Assembly (NCBI GenBank): GCA_024401185.1
Contig: JAKSLO010000001.1
Location: 2,032-66,031 of the forward strand
Direction: 5' to 3'
DNA length: 64,000 nucleotides
Source: Bacteroidaceae bacterium
Lineage (GTDB): Bacteria > Bacteroidota > Bacteroidia > Bacteroidales > Bacteroidaceae
Part shown: positions 42,091 to 51,989 of the stretch, in pieces
Layout: every line of letters begins with the position of its first letter
Numbering within the stretch: position 1 is the first letter of the stretch
The notes under the pieces: generated by a model
Database searches by the model: none
Told to the model about the DNA's origin: nothing
Seen by the model: the letters and a program-made list of their open reading frames with translations, nothing else
Made by a program: the position numbers and the translations under genes

Positions 42091-45000
42091 ATGACATTAT
42101 ACGAAGGATCAGTAAAACGACCGATCATGACGAGCCTCTGCTTTGTGGCCATCATAGTATTCGGTGTTTTCTCTCTCACAAAACTGCCTATCGACCTCTA
42201 TCCAGACATCGATACCAACACCATCATGGTGATGACCTACTACAATGGTGCATCAGCCAATGATATTGAGAACAACGTGACCCGTCCGCTTGAGAACACC
42301 CTGAATAGTGTGGAGCACATCAAGCACGTAACCAGTAACTCGCGCGAGAACGTCAGCGTGGTAACTCTTGAGTTTGAGTATGGCTACGACATTGATGCGT
42401 TGACCAACAGCGTGCGCGACAAACTGGACATGGTGAGCAACATGCTGCCCGACCAATGTAACACGCCTATCATCTTCAAGTTCTCTACCGACATGATTCC
42501 CATCATGCTGCTCTCGGTGCAAGCCGACGAGTCGCAGAAGGCCTTGTACAAGATACTTGACGATGGTGTGGCCAACCCGCTGGCACGTATCGACGGAGTG
42601 GGTACAGTATCCATCTCGGGTGCGCCCGAGCGTGAGATCAACATATACATGGATCCACGCAAGATGGAAGCCTATGGCGTATCTCCCGAGCAGATCAGCG
42701 CCGCCATCGCCTCTGAGAACCTCAACGTGACCAACGGTACCATTGATATTGGTAACCAGACCTATACGGTGCGTGTGGAGGGCGAGTTTGACACACCCTC
42801 GCAGATGGAGAACGTCATCGTGTCGTCACGCAACGGGGCAAACGTCTATCTGAAAGACGTGGCCCGCATAGAGGATAACCTTGAGGAACGTGCACAGCGC
42901 ACCTTCACCAATGGTAAGCAAGGTGCCATGATCATCGTGCAGAAGCAGTCGGGAGCCAACAGCGTGGCTATCTCGGATGCCGTCATGGCCAAGTTGCCCG
43001 AGTTGCAGGCTGGCTTGCCCTCCGACGTCAAGCTGGGCATCATCGTGAACACGAGTGACAACATTATCAATACCGTCAACTCACTGGAGGAGACCATTGC
43101 CTACGCTATGATTTTCGTGGCATTGGTGGTATTCATCTTCCTGGGACGCTGGCGTGCTACGGTCATCATCGTGATCACCATCCCCATGTCTCTGATTGCA
43201 TCGTTCATATACCTGTATGCATCGGGGTCTTCCATCGACGTGATCGCTCTGGCCTGTCTTTCTATCGCCATCGGTAACGTGGTGGACGACGCCATCGTAG
43301 TCTTGGAGAACGTCACGACACACATCGAACGAGGAGCCTCGCCCAAACAGGCGGCAGTACATGCCACGCAGGAGGTGGCCATCTCGGTTGTGGCCTCTAC
43401 CCTCACCATGATTGCCGTGTTCTTCCCCTTGACCCTGGTACCTGGCATGGCCGGTGTGCTCTTCCGTGAGCTGGGTTGGATGATGTGTATCATCATGACC
43501 GTGTCAACCGTATCTGCACTTACCTTCACCCCCATGCTCTGCTCTCAGATGCTGAAGTTGAAGAAGAAGCAGTCGGGATTGTTCAAGAAGATATACTCCC
43601 CCGTCACCAAGGCCTTGAACGGATTGGACAACTGGTACGAGCGTCGCATCAACTGGGCGGTACGTCATCGCAAGAGTGTGCTGCTGGGCTGTCTGCTCTT
43701 TGCCGTGGGAACCATCATCGTAGTGAAGAATGCAGGTATCAAGTCAGACTTCTTCCCCTCAAACGACTCTGGCCGTGTGGGTGTCACGATACAGTTGCCC
43801 ATCGGTACTCGTGTTGAGATTGCCGAAGACCTGGCCAAGAGCCTCGTGGACAAGTGGCAGAAGCGCTATGGCAAGGACATGAAGAACTGTAACTTCACCG
43901 TAGGTCAGGCTGGTGACAACAACACCTTTGCCTCACTCTCGGACAACGGTTCGCACATCATCTCGTTCAACATCCTGATGGTGCCCAGTAACGAGCGTGA
44001 AAAGGCCTTGACCACCATCTGTGATGAGATGCGTGCCGACCTTCGTGCCATTCCCGAAATCGCCAAGTCACGCGTCAACCTGGGTGGTAGCCAGGGTGGT
44101 ATGGCAGGTCAGTCAACCGCTACCTTCGAGATCTACGGTTACGACCTTGACGTCACACGCGACCTGGCCGACGAACTGGCTGCCAAGCTGCGCGAGACAG
44201 ATGTCATCTCGGAGGTGTTCATCTCACGTTCCGACTATCAGCCTGAACTCGTAGTGGACTTTGACCGTGCAAAACTTGCAAACTACGGACTGGGGCTTAG
44301 CACAGCTGCAAGCTATGTGCGCAGCATGATTACCGGTTCGCAGATGACCTACTTCCGTGAGGATGGTGAGGAGTATGCCGTAAAGGTTCGCTTTGAGCCT
44401 ACTGCACGTCTCAGCATAGAGGACATCGAGAACATGCTTATCCCCAACGGACGTGGTCAATATGTGCGCGTCAAGGATATCGGTAGCGTAGTGGAGAGCT
44501 CTATTCCTCCCACCATCGAGCGTAAGGACCGCCAGCGTTATGTAACAGTAAGCGGTGTATTAGCCGACGGACACTCACTATCAGAAGGTGTGGAAGCCGG
44601 ACAGGCTATTTACAGCAAGATGGCTATCCCACAGGGTTGCAGCATCCAGGTATCTGGTACCTATGAGACACAGCAAGACTCTAACCGCGACCTCGGTATG
44701 TTGGGTCTCATCATCATCATCCTGGTATTCATCGTGATGGCTGCACAGTTCGAGTCAATGACCTACCCCTTCATCATCATGTTCTCAGTACCTTTCGCCT
44801 TCTGCGGTATCGCATTGTCGCTGGTAGTGACAGGTACCGACATGAACATCATGTCAATGCTGGGCGGTATCATGCTGATTGGTATCGTAGTAAAGAATGG
44901 TATCGTGCTCATCGACTACACCATCCTGCTGCGTGAACGTGGCTATGCCTTGCTGCGCGCCTCTTCACAGGCAGCCCGCTCTCGTCTGCGTCCTATCCTT

Positions 45001-45285
45001 ATGACAACGCTTACTACCCTGCTGGGTATGACACCTATGGCATTGAGCCATGGTGTAGGTGCCGAGATGTGGCGCCCCATGGGTGTTGCCATCATTGGTG
45101 GTTTGCTCATCTCTACCATCATGACGCTTATCTATGTACCTTCAATGTTCTGTATCTTTGGCGGTATCGGCATCAAGCGTAAGCGTAAGAAGATGCGCAA
45201 GCAGCGTAAGCTCGACGCATACTGGAATGAGCACAAGAGTGAAGAACAGCTCAACAAGAAGGATCTTGCCAACCACAAGGCATAG
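42091..45285 (+). CDS. RND efflux transporter permease (AcrB/HAE1 type)
   Basis: 1064 aa with a 12-TM, two-large-loop architecture and typical motifs (VVDDAIVVLEN, GIVVKNGIVLIDY). Confidence 0.9.
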   Translation: MTLYEGSVKRPIMTSLCFVAIIVFGVFSLTKLPIDLYPDIDTNTIMVMTYYNGASANDIENNVTRPLENTLNSVEHIKHVTSNSRENVSVVTLEFEYGYDIDALTNSVRDKLDMVSNMLPDQCNTPIIFKFSTDMIPIMLLSVQADESQKALYKILDDGVANPLARIDGVGTVSISGAPEREINIYMDPRKMEAYGVSPEQISAAIASENLNVTNGTIDIGNQTYTVRVEGEFDTPSQMENVIVSSRNGANVYLKDVARIEDNLEERAQRTFTNGKQGAMIIVQKQSGANSVAISDAVMAKLPELQAGLPSDVKLGIIVNTSDNIINTVNSLEETIAYAMIFVALVVFIFLGRWRATVIIVITIPMSLIASFIYLYASGSSIDVIALACLSIAIGNVVDDAIVVLENVTTHIERGASPKQAAVHATQEVAISVVASTLTMIAVFFPLTLVPGMAGVLFRELGWMMCIIMTVSTVSALTFTPMLCSQMLKLKKKQSGLFKKIYSPVTKALNGLDNWYERRINWAVRHRKSVLLGCLLFAVGTIIVVKNAGIKSDFFPSNDSGRVGVTIQLPIGTRVEIAEDLAKSLVDKWQKRYGKDMKNCNFTVGQAGDNNTFASLSDNGSHIISFNILMVPSNEREKALTTICDEMRADLRAIPEIAKSRVNLGGSQGGMAGQSTATFEIYGYDLDVTRDLADELAAKLRETDVISEVFISRSDYQPELVVDFDRAKLANYGLGLSTAASYVRSMITGSQMTYFREDGEEYAVKVRFEPTARLSIEDIENMLIPNGRGQYVRVKDIGSVVESSIPPTIERKDRQRYVTVSGVLADGHSLSEGVEAGQAIYSKMAIPQGCSIQVSGTYETQQDSNRDLGMLGLIIIILVFIVMAAQFESMTYPFIIMFSVPFAFCGIALSLVVTGTDMNIMSMLGGIMLIGIVVKNGIVLIDYTILLRERGYALLRASSQAARSRLRPILMTTLTTLLGMTPMALSHGVGAEMWRPMGVAIIGGLLISTIMTLIYVPSMFCIFGGIGIKRKRKKMRKQRKLDAYWNEHKSEEQLNKKDLANHKA

Positions 45286-45338
45286 GGTTCACAAGAACTA
45301 ATAAATAGATTTTTCACAGAGTTAAAAAACAAGAATGA

Positions 45339-45387
45339 CTATAGTGCTGGCTAAGGTAAAGCCACTTTACCGAAGCCATGCCTATAG
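45339..45387 (+). other. Nested hairpin between the RND gene and the small rider gene
   Basis: CTATAG..TGGCT..GGTAAAG-cca-CTTTACC..AGCCA..CTATAG gives 18 paired positions in three helices. Confidence 0.6.
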
Positions 45388-45416
45388 TACATAAAATGAT
45401 AATACAAGAAGAAACA

Positions 45417-45710
45417 ATGAAAACTGTATTCATCACCTACGACCAGGCACACCATGAAGGTGTCATCGAGGCTCTCGACGCATCATTGTGCCGTGGCTAC
45501 ACATATCTTGGCAACGCTGGCGGTCGTGGCACAAAGACTGGCGAGCCTCATCTGGGAACTCATGCCTGGCCGGCTCTCAATGGTGCCATACTCACCATCT
45601 GTGAGGACGAGAAGGTGGCTCCACTTTTAGAACGCCTACGCAAACTCGATAACGACAACCCCATGCTGGGTCTGCGTGCCTTTGTATGGAACGTTGAACA
45701 GACGTTGTAA
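45417..45710 (+). CDS. Small P-II-like transporter-associated protein
   Basis: About 97 aa: MKTVFITYDQAHHEGVIEALD..GGRGTKTGEPHLG. It has a P-II-like size and a beta-alpha-beta start, and always-last position after an RND pump. I prefer the start at 45417 because 45378 lies inside the hairpin. Confidence 0.6.
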   Translation: MKTVFITYDQAHHEGVIEALDASLCRGYTYLGNAGGRGTKTGEPHLGTHAWPALNGAILTICEDEKVAPLLERLRKLDNDNPMLGLRAFVWNVEQTL

Positions 45711-45729
45711 AGGTACATCAAATAATAAA

Positions 45730-45768
45730 AACGCGTCCTGCAATGAGTGTGGGGCGCGTTTTTGTTTT
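45730..45768 (+). terminator. Rho-independent terminator of the efflux operon
   Basis: AACGCGTCC / GGGGCGCGTT stem followed by TTTTGTTTT. Confidence 0.7.
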
Positions 45769-45905
45769 CTCACTTTCAAATGAACGCTCAAAAGAAGAAC
45801 GCTCAAAAGACGAGAAGATTAGGGAGAAAAGTACACTTGAAAAATATTTTGGAGCAGAATGAATAAAAAAAACGCTTAAAGCTTGGAAATGAGACTTTTT
45901 TTTTG

Positions 45906-45913
45906 TAAATTTG
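45906..45913 (+). promoter_or_regulatory. -7 box upstream of the GH2 gene
   Basis: TAAATTTG about 155 nt upstream of the ATG. Confidence 0.45.
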
Positions 45914-46068
45914 CATATAATAATATTATGACAAACTGATAGCATCCCATTGTTCTACTGAACAGCAAGACAACAACTTTCCACATTATGCCATGAACAT
46001 TTCAACGTGAATAACGTTTCATTGTTACTAAAGGAAATATTGCTAAGGAAGAACAAAAACATGAGAAA

Positions 46069-49000
46069 ATGAAATTACTAACACTTGCCGTATTGTTCGC
46101 TTGTGCCATACCGTCCATAGCACAGAGGGCAATCAATTTCAATAGCGACTGGCTGATAGCTGCCACAAGCATCACAGAGGAAAAGACTGTGACGCTACCC
46201 CGTGCATGGAATGAGGCATACGCATTTCGGGTGCCAATAGAGGAACTACCCGATGACACAGTACGCTACAGCAAGACCTTCTATGCGCCCAAGGCATGGA
46301 AAGGCAAAAAGATATTCATTGAGTTTGAAGGAGCACGACAATCTGCAGAAGTATGGTTGAATGGAAAACGCGTGGGACTTCACCAAAACGGAGTCATGGC
46401 TTTTGGCTTCGACCTCACACCCTACATTAAGATTGGCAAAGACAATGTACTGGAAGTACTGACAGACAACGACTGGTCATACCACGAGAAGAATGCTGAT
46501 GGCACAGAAATCAAGGTAAGGGATGGCGTTGTGGTAAAGGATGGAAACAATTTACCCAACAACGAACTTAAACCGACGTCATTCCAATGGAACAATAAAA
46601 ACTTCAATGCCAACTATGGTGGTTTGCCCAAGAATGTGCGTTTGCATGTGGTGCCCAAACTCTATCAAACCCTACCGCTATTCAGCACTTTGGGAACAAC
46701 AGGTGTGTACGTCTATGCAAAGGGCATCGACGTAGAAGGACACTCGGCCACCATCCATGCAGAGTCGGAAGTAAGAAACGAAAGTGGCAAAGCCCAGAAT
46801 GTGATCTATGAGGTAGAGGTCATCGACCGTCAAACCGGCAACAAAATAGCATCGTTCGCCTCAAACACCTACCAAATAGGAATCGGCATAACCATGACAT
46901 TATCAGCAGAGGAAAGAGTAAACGGATTACACCTCTGGTCATGGGGATACGGCTATCTTTATGACGTGATAACCCGAGTAAGATGCCTTTCCAACAACAC
47001 ACTCACCGACCAAGCCGTAACGACAACAGGATTCCGCAAGACCGAGTTTGGCAACGGACAGACAAAACTGAATGGTCGCACCATCATGATGCATGGTTAC
47101 GCGCAGCGCACAAGCAACGAGTGGCCGGGTGTGGGAATGTCGGTGCCCGCATGGCTTTCCGACTACTGCAACCGGCTCATTGTGGAGTCAGGAGGAAACC
47201 TTGTCAGATGGATGCACGTATGTCCGTGGAAACAAGACATTGAGTCGTGCGACCGTGTGGGCCTCATGCAAGCCATGCCCGCCGGTGATGCAGAGAAGGA
47301 TGTGACCGGACGACATTGGGAACAGCGGACAGAGTTGATGCGGGATGCAATAATCTACAACCGCAACAACCCTTCCATCATCTTCTACGAATGTGGTAAC
47401 AAAGGCATTAGCGAGGCACACATGCTGGAGATGAAAGCCATACGCGACCAGTACGACCCTTACGGCGGACGTGCCATTGGTTCGAGAGAGATGCTCAATG
47501 CCGAAACATCGGCTGAATATGGAGGAGAGATGTTGTATATCAACAAATCGGGCACCAAGCCTGTCTGGGCAATGGAATACTGCCGCGATGAAGCGCTGCG
47601 AAGATATTGGGACGACTGGAGTGCACCATACCACAAGCAAGGTGCAGGTCCTCTCTACCGCAACGCAGATGCATCAGCATACAACCAGAACAACGACCAA
47701 TTCGCCATCGAAATGGTGCGCCGATGGTACGACTACTGGCAGGTGCGTCCTGGCACGGGAGAGCGCGTAAGCAATGGTGGAGTCAAGATTGTATTCTCAG
47801 ACACCAACACCCATAACCGCGGTGAAAGCAACTATCGCACATCGGGCGTGACGGATGCCATGCGCATACCCAAAGACGCATTCTATGCCCATCAGGTAAT
47901 GTGGGACGGATGGGTTACCCCCGAACAGTCGCGCACACACATCATCGGCCACTGGAACTATGAGCAAAACGTGGTAAAACCCGTTTTCGTGGTAAGCGAT
48001 GCACCCTGCGTGAAACTGTATCTCAACGGAAAAGAAGTAGGAAAGGAAAACATAGACTACCATTTCCTCCACACATTCGACTCCATCGCTTACGAGCCAG
48101 GCACACTCACCGCCGTATCATTCGATGCACAAGGCAAGAAGCTGAGCGAACACACCCTGACGACAGCGGGCGCCCCCCATGCCCTTCGCATTAAGAATAT
48201 TGACAACCACCAGATGACGGCTGACGGAGCAGACATGTGCCTTCTGGAATATGAAGTGGTGGATGCAGAAGGACGTCGCTGCCCTCTTGCCAATGACCTT
48301 GTGCATTTCACGGTTGAAGGCCCTGCCGAATGGATAGGCGGAATTGCCTATAGAGACAGCGTAAAGAGTCGCGAGGAATGGGAGAAGAATCCAAACAGCA
48401 TCCGTTCACTCAGCCTTCCCGTAGAATGTGGCGTGAACCGCGCACTCATCCGCAGCACAGGAGAGGAAGGTTCTATCAGCATAACAGCGAAAAGCGAATC
48501 GGGCATGACTACAGCCATCAAACTGGGCGCCATTAAAAGCCAAGCACCCATCAGCGGAGAGAATATCCCTTATGACAAGAAGAGTACTGGCAGAAACGGT
48601 AACAGTACAGCAGAGAAAAACTTTGTTCGAGGAGAAACCCCATCTTCACCATCATACACAAATATAAAGCATACTATCCATCCCGTGAAAGTAGTGGCTG
48701 GATGCCATCAGACGGATGCCCAGAAAAGCATAGACAACAGCGAAGATACAGAGTGGAAGAACGATGGCAAAGCGTCAACGGCATGGATTCGCTACGAATT
48801 TGAGCGTCCCGTGCGCATTGATGAGATATCCATGAAGCTGACAGGATGGCGCCAACGCTCCTACCCACTCGAGATTTTTGCTGACCGCACCCTTGTATGG
48901 GAAGGCAAGACGCCACAGTCACTTGGATACGTTCACCTTGCTATGGCCAATCCTACCGAAGCCTCCTCTATCATCATACGGCTAAAGGGAGCAGCAACCA

Positions 49001-49137
49001 GCGACGATGCTTTCGGACAAATCACAGAACTTGTTGCCCCCGTGGCAAACGAACTCGACCTGTTCAAAGCCAAGGATGGCGACAAGGTACGCTCTGAATT
49101 GCGTATAGTGGAATGCGACTTTTTACAGAATAAATAA
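46069..49137 (+). CDS. Glycoside hydrolase family 2-like enzyme with C-terminal discoidin-like domain
   Basis: Signal peptide and a GH2 sugar-binding pattern (IFIEFEGARQSAEVWLNGKRVGLHQNG..FGFDLT). The C-terminus of about 150 aa resembles an F5/8 type C module (TEWKNDGK..AWIRYEF). Confidence 0.75.
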   Translation: MKLLTLAVLFACAIPSIAQRAINFNSDWLIAATSITEEKTVTLPRAWNEAYAFRVPIEELPDDTVRYSKTFYAPKAWKGKKIFIEFEGARQSAEVWLNGKRVGLHQNGVMAFGFDLTPYIKIGKDNVLEVLTDNDWSYHEKNADGTEIKVRDGVVVKDGNNLPNNELKPTSFQWNNKNFNANYGGLPKNVRLHVVPKLYQTLPLFSTLGTTGVYVYAKGIDVEGHSATIHAESEVRNESGKAQNVIYEVEVIDRQTGNKIASFASNTYQIGIGITMTLSAEERVNGLHLWSWGYGYLYDVITRVRCLSNNTLTDQAVTTTGFRKTEFGNGQTKLNGRTIMMHGYAQRTSNEWPGVGMSVPAWLSDYCNRLIVESGGNLVRWMHVCPWKQDIESCDRVGLMQAMPAGDAEKDVTGRHWEQRTELMRDAIIYNRNNPSIIFYECGNKGISEAHMLEMKAIRDQYDPYGGRAIGSREMLNAETSAEYGGEMLYINKSGTKPVWAMEYCRDEALRRYWDDWSAPYHKQGAGPLYRNADASAYNQNNDQFAIEMVRRWYDYWQVRPGTGERVSNGGVKIVFSDTNTHNRGESNYRTSGVTDAMRIPKDAFYAHQVMWDGWVTPEQSRTHIIGHWNYEQNVVKPVFVVSDAPCVKLYLNGKEVGKENIDYHFLHTFDSIAYEPGTLTAVSFDAQGKKLSEHTLTTAGAPHALRIKNIDNHQMTADGADMCLLEYEVVDAEGRRCPLANDLVHFTVEGPAEWIGGIAYRDSVKSREEWEKNPNSIRSLSLPVECGVNRALIRSTGEEGSISITAKSESGMTTAIKLGAIKSQAPISGENIPYDKKSTGRNGNSTAEKNFVRGETPSSPSYTNIKHTIHPVKVVAGCHQTDAQKSIDNSEDTEWKNDGKASTAWIRYEFERPVRIDEISMKLTGWRQRSYPLEIFADRTLVWEGKTPQSLGYVHLAMANPTEASSIIIRLKGAATSDDAFGQITELVAPVANELDLFKAKDGDKVRSELRIVECDFLQNK

Positions 49138-49160
49138 CTTTACAAACACATATTTTTATC

Positions 49161-51230
49161 ATGAACACTTTCAAGAAATACATTTTCCTTCTTTGTTTTT
49201 TATCACCAGCATTTGCACAAGCAAATATCGACGGGTTATGCGGCACATGCTATTGGAAAATAGACGAATACGGTACGTTAGACGTATCTCCAGCAATATA
49301 TGTTAACGATGACACATGGGACAAATTTGAAATGGACACCATTGACTGGGAAGCATTTGACTGGGAAACCGGAGCAGGAATCCTGGATGAATGGGAAGAA
49401 GAAGCACCTTGGCACGATTATAGTTATTTGGTCAAAAGAGTTTACTTTTATAAAGTAAAAGCCAAGACATGCCGTAACATATTCAAGGACCTCATCAATG
49501 CAACCAAAATTCACATAGAAAGTCTTATCACAGATGGTGTGAAAGACATGAGCGGAATGTTTTATAACTGTGCTGAATTGAAAGGTTTATATGAGCCCGA
49601 ATCATTCAATACGGAGAACGTAACAGATATGAACAGCATGTTCTTCTGCTGCTCTTCCTTGCCAAGCATCCCAACGAAGAAACTAAAGACAGACAAGGTA
49701 ACAGACATGCATGCCATGTTTTATTACTGCAAGAGTTTGGAACAGCTTGACCTTAATGGTTTCAACACAAGAAACACCACAAACATGAGCAGTATGTTCT
49801 CAGATTGCACCAACCTGAAAAAGATATCTTTTGGAACAGACTTTTCTACAGAAAATGTCACGTCAACCAGCTTCATGTTCTGCAATTGCGAAGGACTAAC
49901 ACAAATCGACCTAAGCACATTTAACACGCACAATGTGACAAACATGAGTGCCATGTTTGACGGTTGCATCAGACTGGAAAGATTCGACATATCAGACCAT
50001 GTTACAGACTTTGACACGAGAAACGTGACAAATATGAGTGCAATGTTCTCACATTGCGAGACTTTAACAGAATTAGACCTAAGCCATTTCAACACCAGCC
50101 AAGTTACCAATATGGCTAACATGTTTAACAGGTGCGCCAAACTGACTACCATCAAACTGGAAAACTTCGACACAAGAAACGTAGAGAAGATGAACGGAAT
50201 GTTCAACTCATGTGCCAAATTAGCGAACGTGGACGTAAGCCACTTCGACACGCACAACGTCACAGACATGAACCAGATGTTTGCCGTCTGCGCAGACCTA
50301 AAGGAAATAGACATCAATAATTTCGATACGCAGAATGTCACGAATATGAAATGGATGTTTTCGGGTTGCAGCTCGTTAACAACACTCGACATCACTCATT
50401 TCAACACAAGCCAAGTAACCAACATGAGCAGAATGTTCTATCAATGCAACAAGCTAAAGAAGATAGACGTAAGCGGATTTAACACCCAGAATGTAACCGA
50501 CATGAGTTATATGTTTGGCAACTGTGACGATGTTATAGAGCTTGACGTAAGCCATTTCGACACGCATAACGTGACAAATATGGCATGCATGTTTCAATAT
50601 GACTTTAACATTCCCGAGTTGCAGGTATCGAACTTCAACACAGAAAAGGTTACGGATATGAGAATGATGTTCCACTCATGCATAAAACTTCGTCAGCTTG
50701 ATGTCAAGAATTTCAATACTACAAACGTGACAGACATGAGAAGCATGTTCCTGAACTGTGCGAAAGTACCCTTGCTGAACCTAAGCCAATTTGACACAAA
50801 AAAGGTTACGAGCACCGAAAGTATGTTTTTGGGATGCAGTAGTCTTACCACCCTTTTCCTGGGAAACTTCGACATGAGCAAGGTAACAAGCCATGAGAAC
50901 ATGTTCAAAAGCTGCGACCAACTATCCAGCATCATTTGTCATCGCGAAGTTCCCTCTGTCATGAAAGATGGCACATTCAGTTCCATGCCAACAGCAACCA
51001 CAAATTGCACACTTTACGTGCCTTATGGCTGCAAGGAAAAATACGAGGCTGCTACTGGATGGAAAGAGATAACTCACATTGTAAGCGATGAATACAATGC
51101 CATAGACCAACTTGCAAAAGACCCAGGCTCTACCCTGCACTATTCCGTAACCGGCATCAAGCAACAATTCCCCCATGGCATACACATCATCCGCCAAGCT
51201 GATGGATCAGTAAGAAAAATATTGAAATAA
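49161..51230 (+). CDS. BspA-type leucine-rich repeat surface protein (DUF285-like 26-aa repeats)
   Basis: Signal peptide followed by about 18 repeats of F(N/D)TxNVT(N/D)MxxMFxxCxxLxxxD. Confidence 0.85.
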   Translation: MNTFKKYIFLLCFLSPAFAQANIDGLCGTCYWKIDEYGTLDVSPAIYVNDDTWDKFEMDTIDWEAFDWETGAGILDEWEEEAPWHDYSYLVKRVYFYKVKAKTCRNIFKDLINATKIHIESLITDGVKDMSGMFYNCAELKGLYEPESFNTENVTDMNSMFFCCSSLPSIPTKKLKTDKVTDMHAMFYYCKSLEQLDLNGFNTRNTTNMSSMFSDCTNLKKISFGTDFSTENVTSTSFMFCNCEGLTQIDLSTFNTHNVTNMSAMFDGCIRLERFDISDHVTDFDTRNVTNMSAMFSHCETLTELDLSHFNTSQVTNMANMFNRCAKLTTIKLENFDTRNVEKMNGMFNSCAKLANVDVSHFDTHNVTDMNQMFAVCADLKEIDINNFDTQNVTNMKWMFSGCSSLTTLDITHFNTSQVTNMSRMFYQCNKLKKIDVSGFNTQNVTDMSYMFGNCDDVIELDVSHFDTHNVTNMACMFQYDFNIPELQVSNFNTEKVTDMRMMFHSCIKLRQLDVKNFNTTNVTDMRSMFLNCAKVPLLNLSQFDTKKVTSTESMFLGCSSLTTLFLGNFDMSKVTSHENMFKSCDQLSSIICHREVPSVMKDGTFSSMPTATTNCTLYVPYGCKEKYEAATGWKEITHIVSDEYNAIDQLAKDPGSTLHYSVTGIKQQFPHGIHIIRQADGSVRKILK

Positions 51231-51242
51231 ACAGATAGACAC

Positions 51243-51309
51243 AAAAAAAGCGCAGAGACAAAGAGAAACATTTTCCACATAAAGGAAAAGAAAAACTCTG
51301 TCTCTGCGC
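51243..51309. terminator. Bidirectional terminator between convergent genes
   Basis: GCGCAGAGACA / TGTCTCTGCGC 11-bp stem with a 38-nt loop. An A7 run precedes it, giving a T7 run on the minus strand. Confidence 0.55.
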
Positions 51310-51366
51310 CTCTGCTTTGAAAATATCAGCGTGCAAGAAAACTATGCACCCTGAATGAGAGTCGAG

Positions 51367-51813
51367 TTAGAAGGGTAAGTCATCACCTCCCTCAGAAGCC
51401 TCAAATGGAGAAGCGCTGGGAGCCTGTGCAGGTGCAGCAGGAGCAGCCTGTGCAGGTGGGAAAGGTGCAGCAGACGCTGCAGGAGCCGCACCAAAGGGAG
51501 CATCGGGAGCAGCAGCCATACCAGGCTGTGCAGCGGCTTGCAGATTGCGGTCAACCTTCCAGGCACGGATTGAGTTGAACCAACGACCTTGATACTCGCG
51601 AGCATCAATGTCAAATGAAACCACCATTGTCTCACCTATCTGGATATTGAACTGCTGAATACGATCTGCGCCAAACACCTCGAAGTTCATCTTGCGAGGA
51701 TATTGTTCCAAAGTCTCCAACACATAACTTGCACATCGCCACTCTGAGCCAGAACGAGCAGAAACGCCACTACGCTCGGGCAATACTGCTATAATCTTTC
51801 CTGTAATTTCCAT
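51367..51813 (-). CDS. DUF3127-like OB-fold protein with SSB-like C-terminal tip
   Basis: MEITGKIIAVLPERSG..WRCASYVLE core, an A/P/Q-rich linker, and a terminal GGDDLPF. An alternative upstream ATG lies at 51870. Confidence 0.7.
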   Translation of the reverse strand: MEITGKIIAVLPERSGVSARSGSEWRCASYVLETLEQYPRKMNFEVFGADRIQQFNIQIGETMVVSFDIDAREYQGRWFNSIRAWKVDRNLQAAAQPGMAAAPDAPFGAAPAASAAPFPPAQAAPAAPAQAPSASPFEASEGGDDLPF

Positions 51814-51893
51814 TGTATTTAACGTATTTGTTTTAAATTTTGGTGCGAAGTTACTAATCTTTTTCGGCATAAACTAATTTTAAGAACATTTTT

Positions 51894-51925
51894 TTTGCTC
51901 TTTTCGGGCAAATATATTAACTTTG
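51894..51925 (+). promoter_or_regulatory. Promoter of dnaN
   Basis: TTTG, 20 nt, then TAACTTTG. The track ATG at 51933 is too close to it to be the start. Confidence 0.65.
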
Positions 51926-51989
51926 CGCATAAATGGGCATATCCCACCAATTGCCCACAAAACCGCAAATAAATAAAAACGAAATACAA

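Noticed and set aside
45782-45810. Tandem GAACGCTCAAAAGA x2 downstream of the efflux terminator
   Set aside because: There are only two short copies with no further context. This is too little to interpret.
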